Shown here: in pieces, positions 1 through 11,399 of the stretch
How the letters are laid out: each line of letters starts with the position of its first letter
How positions within the stretch are numbered: the stretch's first letter is position 1
Assembly: GCA_016748015.1 (NCBI GenBank)
Contig: JAAOMT010000419.1
Location: 65,562 to 114,658, forward strand
Length of the DNA stretch: 49,097 bases
Origin: Geosiphon pyriformis uo1
Lineage: Eukaryota; Fungi; Glomeromycota
Direction: 5' to 3'
The notes under the pieces: generated by a model
Told to the model about the DNA's origin: nothing
Databases searched by the model: none
Seen by the model: the letters and a program-made list of their open reading frames with translations, nothing else
Position numbers and translations under genes: made by a program

Positions 1-26
1 TTTGAATTTGTTGCTGTGTTATTTCT

Positions 27-40
27 GTGGGAGAGCACCA
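27..40 (-). promoter_or_regulatory. Primer-binding site (PBS) of LTR retrotransposon
   Basis: On the minus strand the LTR end ...GGTAACA is followed by TT and then TGGTGCTCTCCCAC, complementary to a tRNA 3' end ...GAGAGCACCA. This is the canonical LTR-2nt-TGG geometry. Confidence 0.85.
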
Positions 41-42
41 AA

Positions 43-1032
43 TGTTACCAGAGGTTTTTGGTCTCTTTTCTGTAATGTTGTTGATACTTATTTGCTGTGA
101 ATTCATGTTTTCTGGATGTGGTTGAACCTCCAATAACTGAATTTATCTTCAAATTATCTCCTATAATTTGAACTGCTGGGCTTATAAGTGGAATGGCCAA
201 TTCCTTGCCAGTTACTTTATGTAGTTACATTGTAGTAAACGACAACTTTTTCCCAGGAATTGTTTGTCTGGAAGCTCACTAAAAATGTGTAGTTACTTTG
301 CTGTGAAAGTCAACTCTTCTACAGGAATCTTGTCTATAGGCTACCTTAATGATTGTAATAAGAAAAGAAAAGGAAAATAAAAGAAATGTAAAAGAAATAG
401 AATTTTGTTAAGAGAAACGTTTTTTATCCAGGCCTGAAGTCACTAACAGTTTACTGAAATTGATAGCTAATTAATTTCGAAATGTTAGTTGGGTTTTGGG
501 GATTTTTCAAGTACAATAACTAAGGAATTTGGTTTTTTGAATTATTTGATATTTATTTCTTTTTTGTGTGTATAGGAACAGTTTTAAGAGATAAATCTAA
601 AGTAAGATACATTTTCTCGAAGAGAGAAGCTCTTCTTTTATACAACTTGTTATAACACTATTCTATGAACTTCAACTTTGCTATTTTCTACAATTTCGCT
701 GAACTAAAGATACATTTCGGCGAACTACAAGTTATTTCGGTGAACTATTAGATATTTCGGTGAACTATCAATTATTTTGGCGAATTTCTACAAATTTCTA
801 CAAATTTCAGTAAACTTCTGAATGTTACATAGTTCAGGGTATTGCATGATTGATCATCGCAATTAGGTTATATTTGTGTTGTGTACAATTTGGATTATTA
901 ATTAAATGATAATTTCAGACATTTTTGCTAATATAATAAGTGATTATTTGAAACGATAATATATGCTAATTAATGATAGGAATTATAAGATAATTTCATG
1001 CTAAATAATATCTCTAATTTCGTTTGGTAACA
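43..1032 (-). mobile_element. 5' LTR (~990 bp) of an LTR retrotransposon whose body lies left of the window; inserted into LINE ORF2
   Basis: Bounded by inverted termini TGTTACC (43) and GGTAACA (1032), with an adjacent PBS. A homologous copy lies at 7954-8836. The LINE reading frame breaks at this boundary (..LLEVDS|NVTKRN). Confidence 0.88.
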
Positions 1033-4000
1033 TTGGAATCAACCTCCAATAAGCAATTGCAAACAACATCAAATTCGTAAGAATCAAGTACATCAGACAA
1101 GTCAACATTCAGTGACAAAAGAGAACAAACGGGAGATGACTCAGAACCAGACAAAAAGCAAACAGCAGCATTGAAACAATCAGGAATCGGGCCCCAAGAG
1201 TCCAGTCTCTTCCACCACTTGAAAGTCTTCCATTCAAAAACAGAACCAGTTTGATCGCAAAGCTGCTCAACAAAGGCAATTCCATATCGCTGAAGCAAAG
1301 AAACACATTTATAAAAAGCAAACTTGCCAAGAACAATAGACATTAGAGTCCCCTTTTGAAAACGAAAAACATTGGTCATGAGACCACCCAGAGAAAGGTC
1401 GCAACCCAAAAAAATTCAGATGACACCAGCCAAAAAATTATTCAAAGGACTGACATTAATACAAGAAGGAAAAAACAGGGGATGACGAGGGCACCAGCTG
1501 AGAACCTGTAAATTATGAGACTTATACACGAACAGACAGCCCAAAATACCCACTGAATTGGCAAAACAAACAACAGCAGCTGACTTGCTCTCAGCCTGGA
1601 CTTGTTCAAAAGATTTTAACCTGTACAGAGAAGGATGATGAATAGCATCATTGGGAAAGTCAAGCGGCAGGCCAGATTTGGACTTCAAATCTTTACAAAT
1701 CATAGTGTCTCATTTTGCATACACACTAATAAGAACAAAACTAAACTGAGTCCTATAGGCAATTATGGGGTGAAAAACCACTGACACCAAATATGAGAAC
1801 TGCTTATTAGAGATAGCCTTTCTCAGAACAAGGTTGGTGAAAAACCGGACATCCAAGCGTGTCTTAGCCAAGCTAGGCTTCGACAAACCTTCAATAGACA
1901 GAAAGATACCCAGGTACCAATGAGATTCTCCCCTTTTGGCTATCGAAATAGGCAAACCACTGATTAATAAATGAGGGCTGGAAACTCTGCAATTAATGGG
2001 AATGGCCACCGTTTTGTCATTATTAATCAAAATGTCATTGACTCGAAAAAACTCACTAGCAACATTGAAAATATGTTGGGTAGCAGCCTGGCTGCTACCA
2101 ACCCAAATTGTATCGTCGATGAAAGCACCAGCAGTGAGGAAAGAAGTCAAACCAGCCCAAGATTCAGCACGACCAGTGTTGGCAACAAAACGAGAGTCTA
2201 ACCTGTATCCACATATACTTTCTTGTCTCTTGACTTCACACAAAAGGGGATCATAAAATATGCACCAGAGAAGAGGAGAAAACACCTCTCCTTGATCCAA
2301 ACTATCATGTACCTGATATTCATCAGTCAACCCAAAATTCATCATAACTCTGTTGACCCGATCATTGTGGATGCTACCAAAAAACCGAATGAATTTGTTA
2401 CACATTTTTATTCTGACCAAGCTCTTCCTCAGATGCTCCCAGCCAACAGAATCATAAGCCTTTTGCATGTCTTACAAGACCAGCCACAGCTCTTGGTTCT
2501 TTTCTAAAGCATCCTCAATGACTGATCCAATAGCAAAAATAGGAGACTCCGTGGTCGTGCCTTTTAAAACAGAAAAATTATCCCCCCTCAGAACGTCGAA
2601 AACACTACAAGCCAAAGAAATTCTGTCCAAAAGCACTTTAGAAAGGATTTTGCAAGCCATCTCAACCAAAGCAATAGGATGGGTATTCGTGAGAACACCC
2701 TCCCACTCATATGGTTTGGAGATCATCGACACCCAAGCCTCCTTCCAAGGCCCAGGAACAGATTCACGCTCCAAGCAAACATTCAAAAGCACTAAAAGCA
2801 TATCCAAAACTGATTTGTCACAATGTTTCCACAACTTATTTGAGATACCAGAGAGACCAGCTGCTTTCCCATCAGGCAGATTCAAAACGACATTAGACAT
2901 CTCATTAAAATCAATTAGGCTCATCACACCAGAAAAAGGTCATCAAAAACATACTCTAAAGGCTGATATTGGTGATCCCAGACACCAGTAACATCAGAAA
3001 CTATATTATGCTTCCTAGTCCATCTCTTCATGACTGCATCTACTTTGGCCTTAACCAAAGTGGGCTCCAAAACCAACTCATTATCAACAACCAGATGATC
3101 CAAAGTTACTTTGCGAAAAGGATGTTCCAATACACTCCTAATAGTATGACCTTTGTCCAATTTGAAACTTACCATCCTCTTATCTATTGCTGACCTGATT
3201 TGAGATTTCCTAACTTGCTCCACTTCCAACATTTTGGATGTGCAATAAGACTTTTTGACCTTAGACAAAACTAACCAAATAGCATTGAAGTGGGAACCTG
3301 ATAGGAAGAGGGACTTCACCGCAGAAGCATTGACCGAATTCAAACCTTCCCACCTGTTGAGCAAGAATGTAAACTCCTCAGCAGAATCCATATGAGATGC
3401 CTTAACTAACTTAGACACCAAGAGCTCCAGCTTATGAAATTTGGACAAATCCTTGTTAAAATTTTTATCATATTCTTTAAACCACTTTTTCTTGAAAACT
3501 GCCTCAGCAAACAGACACATTACTCTATGGAGAGCAACCCACATCGAATCCAAGTCCGAGCGGATCCTGGCTGCAAAAAAATCATCATGAAACATAGCAG
3601 CATTTGCTGCCATATCTTCTTTAAATTTGGCCCATTAAACATCATCTGCACCTTTGCAATCGTACTTCTAGCAATCTCTATTTGCTTGCTTGTAAACAGA
3701 ATTCAACTGAACATTGAGCAGACCACCCAAACCCACTAACATTGAGACAGCCTGATGATCAGTATCAAAGTATTCCCCAATGCCAAACACGTCGTGACTT
3801 ACTACTGCATTAACCAGATTTGAAAAAACGAACATAAAATCAATTGTCTTAGCAATGCCCCGAGAATTGGACCAAGTCGGCAATTTCCCACAGAAGCTCC
3901 CACCCAAGGCATTAACCAGACCCAAATCCAGACATTTTTTAAAACTTGCACACTTGTGAGAACCGTCTTCATTGAAGTCACCACCGAGAACAACGAAGGA

Positions 4001-4426
4001 AGATTCATTAACAGCTTTTGCAATAAGAGAGTTGATCTCACCAGCCTGAGAAAACTGAACTACTGAGGAAGCACCAGCATACAGACCCAGAATAGACACC
4101 GAAAGTTTATTTCTGAAAAATAACTTAATGGACAAGAGCCAACCAGGCATCTCTGACACTTTGCATATATGTCTCGCCAAAGAAGAATTCATGACAACTG
4201 CAACACTAACATCCAGATATCCAGATTCTAAACCAGAGGTAAACACCCACACACCATCATATTTGTTGACAATCCATGGGCGAATTTTCCTTTTTAACTT
4301 TGATTCCATAAAAATAGAAACTAAATTGTTCTTCTCCATATGCCAACGAATAACATCGTCCTGTTTTGCAAGATTGTTCATACCTCTGATGTTGCAAGTA
4401 GCAATATTCCAAACCAGACTGTTCAT
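1033..4426 (-). pseudogene. LINE ORF2 (APE endonuclease + reverse transcriptase), disrupted
   Basis: EN motifs: IATCNIRG, GGDFNE, TIDFMF, TDHQAV. RT motifs: KAAGLSGI, PIAL..KILSK, DMQKAYDSV, QGEVFSPLLW, AFIDDT, YLGIFL. In-frame stops at 3668, 2472, 1710 and 1416, plus one frameshift near 2930. Confidence 0.92.
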
Positions 4427-6213
4427 TAAGAAGAAAAGAAATTTGAACCTGCCCCAAAACTGTCCACTTTGGCTGAAAGTTCCAGAACTGTTTTTATCAG
4501 ACACTTCATGCTGTCTTCCAACTTGGACACCAAAAATACATCGAAAGACACCGCTCCCGCAACAATCTCACCACTAGTGGCTGCACCTGAACCCTCACTC
4601 ATCACTATATCCACCCCTTGATTCTGTGATGAAGGGGTCACCAATGGCTGACTTCCAGGGCTTGGCTGGGAAACCATTGGCCCAAGTGCATTCAACATCT
4701 TAGCCAGCTTACCCACTTGCTCTGCAAGGCTGGCGAGACTGCGCTCAAGAGCAGCAAACCTATCATTGACTTCCATCGAAACCAGCAGGGATGGCATCAT
4801 CTCCAAAGAGGAACCAAATTTCACTGAAGCATTTCGTCCAGAGAGAGAAGGAAAAGAAGACCCACTAGCAACCTTTGCCCAAGAGAAACCACTGAAAGAG
4901 ACTGGATGAGCAACTGGAGCTGATCGCTTGGCATAAATGGCTGCCAATCTGCTTTTATCTGTGTCTGACAGGACTCTACGCGAAAACAAACTCGAAGAAA
5001 CCCTCCCACCAATTGCACAGCCCAATGACGTATGGCCTGATTTCCCACACTTGACACACTTGGCCGAAACAAGACAAGACCAGCGTAGATTGGTGCCCCT
5101 CAACACTGGTGTGGTTTCCACAATGGCATTTAATGATTCAGCAAAATCAAAACAGATGACAGCACACCTAGCCTTAGCATATATAACCGGATGACGATCA
5201 ATAATACATGTCTTCCCACCAACAGAACCAATAAAATCCCAGATGTCATGAGCAGTTGTTCCCATTGGCAGAGTATAGAGCAGCGCCCTATGCTGGTTCC
5301 TCGTGTCCCATAATTCTTTGTCCAAATCTGATCTAGCCACCTGCACAGCATTCTTCCCGATTAAGATTGACCACTTTGCCATGACCAAATTGGCATAATC
5401 TGATTGCTCAAATTCTACCACAGCCTTCTGCCACAGCCCCACCAATTGCATCTTGATTAACTTAATTATCTCAAACTCAGAGAGTGCAGTGCACACAGCC
5501 TCAGCTGATGTTCCAACTGGAATTTCTTTTAACACCACAGCCTGATCTGAACAACCAGCTGATCTCTTAAGATTGGTGTTTACCATGATATTCACACCAG
5601 TAGCTTTTTCAGTGGCTTTCATTAGACCCAATTCGGAAGTGAATGTCGCTCTGATGATCTCTGAGAACTTTGAGGGGGTAGATGCCCCCCCAAAACCATT
5701 GATTCCTGAAAATAAACTCCTGATCTTTTTGAGCTTTTCCTAGGCCGAATTTTTTTCTACCGCTTTCAGATCTAAATCCAAAGCAAATGACCTTTTAACA
5801 GAAACATTGACCAGGTTCTTAAGAGGAGGGGGAAGCACCAGAGGGACATCCAGAAGAACATCATCATTATCATTGTCATCCAGGAAGTCGATTTTTCCTA
5901 AAGGCTTTCCCAATGCTTTCCTAGTTGTTACCTGTGAACTTTTTGGCGTTTGATCCAAATCTCCACCAATGAGCGCACCACTTTCACCATAATCGAAACT
6001 TGTTTTCTCTACAAGACACTCCTCTTCCATATCAACACTGTCAGATTCTGTGGTATCACCAGTCTCCGAACTCCATGAACGATCACTTTGCACCTTAGCA
6101 AAACTCTCTTCAACACCAGTATTGTCCTCAAGAACACTGCCTCTTCTCTTTTTCCTTGACAGAACAGCCTTGAAACCACTCTCAGAGCCAGAACTTTTAA
6201 CTGTCTGTTTCAT
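4426..6213 (-). pseudogene. LINE ORF1 (gag-like, zinc knuckle) with one premature stop
   Basis: ORFs 5740..6213 and 4426..5631 are in the same frame, separated by a single TAG at 5740-5742. Contains CVKCGKSGHTSLGC (CX2CX4HX4C) and a coiled-coil-like C-terminus. Confidence 0.88.
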
Positions 6214-7199
6214 GACAGCAATACTAGGGCCAACAATGGCCTTATAATCAAGCAGAAATGGTTTGGATTTATTGTACTGAATGGTAAAAAACTTCTTCCA
6301 AAAAACTTTTGACTCTTTTTTGAGATTTGAGGAGAAACGAGAGAAAGAAGTTTTTTTTATTTGGCTTTAATTATAAAAAGTCTTTAAATATAATAATCTA
6401 AGTCTTAAACATTTATTTAAACTAATTTAAGACTATTTGCTTAATAATTTTTATGTTATTTGTTTTTTAAAACACAAAATTAAATAATTATTTTTTGGTT
6501 TTATAAATTTAAAAAGTCAATGTTTTTTTTAATTAATAATAATAATACTTATTTTGAGTCTAGTTTTTTAAATTAATAATAATTAAACAACTGCAAAATT
6601 TAATACAATAAAATAAAAAATTAATTTAAATTAATTATTTAAGCTAAAAAAAATTTGATTTTATAAATAAAATTTTTATTTCAAATATAAAAGATATTAT
6701 TATACTAAATATTTATTGTAAAATACATTTTTTAAAAAAATTCTTTATACAAGTATTTTTATTAAATTTCTGTAAATAAATATGAATTTTAATAAACTAA
6801 TTAATGCTCTAAAAAACTTGGTTAATTTTAATTTAAACTAGTTAAACTTTGTTTAAATTCTTTAAAATTTATTTATAATGCATAAACTTTTGTTAGAATA
6901 GCTTAATATTGTTTTTGTGTTTAAAGTTTTATATATTTTATAGTATTTTGTTATACTTATAAATTAAAAATAATTTTTTATGTTAATTTAATATAAAAAT
7001 TAAAATAATAATTTTTAATAACTGTAACAATAAAATCTGCAAAATATTTTATAATATTAAAATTATAATAATTTTTTGGTTTATATTTGAAATATAATAT
7101 TGATAATATTGGTTATATAATCTGATTTTTATTATTTTTGTACTTTTTATTTAATAATACTATAATTTTGTTTTACTTTTTGATTGTTTTAATAATAAT

Positions 7200-7953
7200 T
7201 ATAACTTAAATTCTAGTTAATAATATTAGATTACAAAACCAATTCAGTATTATTAAACAAAAAAATAATAAAACTATTATTATTTTTTTAAACAAATTTA
7301 ACCAAGTTTTGCAATAAATTTAAGCTACTAAAACTAATTATATGTTATTGTTCAAATTTTTATTCAGTTTATTAAAAAATTAAAAAGTAGTATATTACAA
7401 TAAGTTTAATTTTAATATCAAATAAATTATAAATTATTATAACTTTTACCAGAAATTTTAAATTTGTAAAACAAAAAACAAGTTATAATTATTTTCATTT
7501 CAAATTCAGATATCTTTATTGACATTATAAATAACTCAAAACAATTTTATGAACATTACCAAAATCTAGCACCCACTCAAAAAAAGCAAAAGCAATATTT
7601 AGAACAATTAAATACTAAATTCTGTAAACATTATTTAATTTCCAGTAACTTCGAATATTTTAACAATTGTAACATCATTTATAATCTACCACCATATATA
7701 ATCTATTTAATTTCCAAAAAAAACCAATTAGCAAGTGTGCCTTAGAATTAAAATTAAAATACAATCGTAATTTAGACTCCAACAATAATAACAACAATAG
7801 TTTCAATATTATTTACAATAACAACAACAATAATAATAATAATTCAAACTCTAATAAAAACTCCAAACAATATATTGTGTTATCAAATCTTACAATAGAG
7901 CAGAAAATTAAATGATTTAGCAATAACAATAAAAGTATTATATTAGAACATGT
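7200..7953 (+). mobile_element. Degenerate LTR-retrotransposon internal fragment
   Basis: Broken frame with a Cys-rich remnant (YLEQLNTKFCKHYLISSNFEYFNNCNIIYNLPP) followed by an Asn-rich linker. It ends abruptly at the LTR at 7954. Family assignment is inferred from resemblance only. Confidence 0.5.
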
Positions 7954-8836
7954 TGTTACCCAAGATTTTTGGTCTTTTTTTTGAATATTATTAATGTCTA
8001 TTTGTTATTAATTCATGTTTTTCTGGAAGCAGTTGAATCTCTGATAACTGAATTTATTTTCAAATTATTTCCTATAATTTTAACTATTGGACTTATAAAT
8101 AGAATGGCCAATTTCATACCAGTTGCTTTGTATAGTTATATTGTAGTAAATTTTAACTCTTTCGGAAATTGTTTATCTAAAAGCTTATTAAATTGTATAG
8201 TTATTTTGTTGTAAAAGTCAATTTTTTCCAAAGAATTTCATCTGAAAGCTTACTAAATTGTGTAGTTACTTTGCTGTAAAAGTTAACTTTTCTATAAAAG
8301 TTTTGTCTGTGGGTTATTTTAATAATTATAATAAAAAAAAATAAAATAAAAGAAATAGAATTTTATTAAAGAAATTGGTTTCTGTTCAGATCTGAAGTTA
8401 CCAATGAATTATTGAAATTATTAGTTAATTAATTTCAAAACATTAATTAAATTTTAGAAAATATTAAGTATAAATATTTAAGAATTAGTTTTCAAAATAT
8501 ATTTTATTTTTAAAATTGTATTAGTGAAAATAAATTTAAAGTCAGATATCTATGATAAAATATATTTTTTTAAAGAGAAAACCTTCTTCTTTATACAACT
8601 TGTTATAGTACTAGTCTATAAACATGAACTTTTTTCTTTGCTATAATTTAAAATATTGTGTAATTTGATTATCCTAATTTCTATTGTATAAATTAGATTA
8701 TTAATTAAATAGTAATATTCAATAATTTGATTAAGTAATAAGTAATAATTAAAATAATATTAATATATACTAATTAATAATAGAAATTATAAGAATAATT
8801 TTATGCTAATTGATAGTTAAAATTCTATTGGTAACA
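7954..8836 (-). mobile_element. Degenerate LTR, same family as 43-1032
   Basis: TGTTACC...GGTAACA termini; colinear with 43-1032, differing mostly by C>T/G>A. A purine tract (AAAAAGAGA on minus) just outside 8836 may be a decayed PPT. No TSD seen. Confidence 0.85.
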
Positions 8837-9134
8837 TAATCTCTTTTTAAAATTAAGTTCTGTTAAAGTTTAAGTATTATCTGTGATATTGAGATAATAA
8901 TTCAATATGATTAAAGTAATTTGATTTGAAAATTGTTGAAATTTCAGTTCTGTAAGTTTGCCAATATATTAAATCTTTATTGGTTAAAATATTAGGTTCT
9001 ATAAGATATTTTCACAAATATTAAATAAGTTATTAAGTTTAAAGCTGTTTTAAGTTTGTAATAAGTATTTATTGATTTAATTGTTGTCTTAAATTTATTG
9101 TAAATTTAATTTAAAATAAAAATTTTAATAAAAC

Positions 9135-9920
9135 TTACTATTAAAGAAGAAAATAATATTACTTATAAAAAAAAGATTATAAAATAGATTAATAAGAGAA
9201 TAATACTTAATAAATGAGCATATTTTCAAAAATAAGCATATTTTCAGAAATAAGCATATTTCCAGAAAGTAATATAAAAAAAGAGTAGGATTTTATATAA
9301 TACGAATTATGTATATATAGTAAAAATATTAAAAGTAAAAAAAACAAAAAAATAGCTAGAGACAAGTAATTATAAAATACTTTTTCTTTTAAAAAATAGT
9401 TTTCTATAATTTAAAGTAGAATTATATTCATATTAATAAAAATACCCATTATTATTCAATTCATGCTGTTATTACTTGATTAAAAAATATTAATCATTTT
9501 TGTATTATTAACAGCTTATGTTAATAAAATCTGATATTTAACTACATTAAATCAATAGCTCTTAATTATGACTATTAATAAAATACTAATTTTTTATTTT
9601 TTTTATTTTTATTTTTTTTGTTGTTTATTAATTAATTAAAAAATTAAGTACTAAGTAATTAATGTCAAAAATAGTCTGGTAAAAAACCTGTAAAACAAGA
9701 GTAGAAAATATAAGAATAGCTTATCAAAAAAAACATAACTGTTAAAGTAAACCAGTTACTATGCTAAAAAAAAATTCACAAAAAAATTATCAATTGAAAT
9801 TCTGTTTATTATACAAAAAACTCAACCAAAATCTTCAAAAATTACATTTATTAACAGCTATTAAGCACCAAGTTACAGATTTGTTATTCATTTTAACATC
9901 ACAAATAATTGCCTACAATG
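9135..9920 (+). mobile_element. Degenerate LTR of the 14595-15489 family
   Basis: 9290-9915 aligns with 14800-15485. The left end is uncertain. Confidence 0.75.
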
Positions 9921-11250
9921 TTATCCAAAAAATATTAACAAAAAAACCAGACAAGTAACTAAAACTAATTGCTTAGCATAAATAGTAGTCAATCTGTTTT
10001 TATTTATATTCAAAAAAACTTTATAAAAAAGATTTCTAAAATGAATTTTTTTACTAATAACACAATTTAATAATATGCTCTGAATTTTTACATTTAATAT
10101 ACTTGGCTAAATTTAAATAAAACCAACATAGTTTAGTATTTTTTAGTATTGGTGTTATTTTAATAGCAATATTTATTAAATTTTTGATTCAAAATACATT
10201 ACAACATATTTGGCTTTGATATATATAACTAAATATTAATTTATAATACAAGTTTTTCTATTAATAGAATCCAAAAAGTTTCAAAAATTATATATATTTG
10301 TTCCTATAAATAGAATATAAAACAGTATTCTATAATTATTTTTAGTATTCTATGTTTTTTATTTTTGTTAACTTTAGTAATCCACACAGCATTTTTTTTA
10401 ATAAAAATAAATTACTTTACTATGATCAAATTAGCATGATCTAATTGTTTAAATTTTATGATTGTTTTTACTATAGCCTTATTAATTATATTTTAATTGA
10501 TTTAATTGTTTTAAATTTAAATACTATAGCATATACAGTTTTTATAAATGTTTTTAATAGAATTTTTTGATGATTACAATCTAATTTAAGCATGTAGCTG
10601 ATTTTTTAAAATTGGTATTTATCAAAATATTTGCAATTCTAACTTTTTTAGCCACTTATGTCAAACTTGATTTAAAAATAAACAATAAAAATATTTAAAA
10701 AAACATTATTATCATCTTTATTTAAAAAATTAATTTTTTTTAAAGACATACACAAAATTTTTTTATCACTAATTTAGATCTTTTCAGTATTTAGTTCATA
10801 TTTTTTATATTTAAAATATTTTTTTGCTATAATCCATATTGGTTTTTTTACTAGAAATCTTTTTTTTATATTAATACTATCAAATTCAATAGTATTATTT
10901 ACTTTAAATCTCCAAAAACACCCAATTACTTTTTTAACAGAGTGTTTTTTATTGACAAAATTATTTTTTAAAGTGTTTTTTTTTCTTTTTTTTCTAAAAA
11001 AAACATTTTTGTTAATAAAATCAAAAACAAAATTCTTAGTAAACTTCTTTATAATAACAATATTAAAACTAATAACAACTTTATAGTTAAACAAAAACAG
11101 GTTAAATATATTAAATTAAATAATATAAAATAACAACTAAAAGATTTTTTTATTAAAATAAATAAAAAAAAAATTTTTTTAACATTTTTTAATAAATTTT
11201 TTAATAATAAAATCAAAAATTAAATAACAAAATTAAATTTTATTACACTT
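9921..11250 (-). mobile_element. Highly degenerate LINE 5' fragment (ORF1)
   Basis: Remnant FDSINIKKRFLVKK corresponds to copy-1 SDSVDMEEECLVEK; further ORF1-like remnants continue toward 9950. Confidence 0.7.
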
Positions 11251-11399
11251 TTTTATTTATTTATTTTATATTAAATTTAACTTAAAAAATTATTTGTTTA
11301 TTTTTTTTATTAGGTTTAATAAATATAGTTTAATTGTTATCTAGAAATATACAACATATATATATCATAAACTAAATACAATTTACATATTTATTATAG

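Larger units (their letters stand above)
1033..6350 (-). mobile_element. Non-LTR retrotransposon (LINE) copy 1, ORF1+ORF2, 3' part cut by the LTR insertion
   Basis: ORF1 has a CCHC knuckle; ORF2 has an APE endonuclease and RT. The 5' boundary is approximate. Confidence 0.93.

Noticed and set aside
1971-6247. Plus-strand ORFs over the LINE
   Set aside because: Antisense shadows of the LINE coding sequence with no independent motifs.
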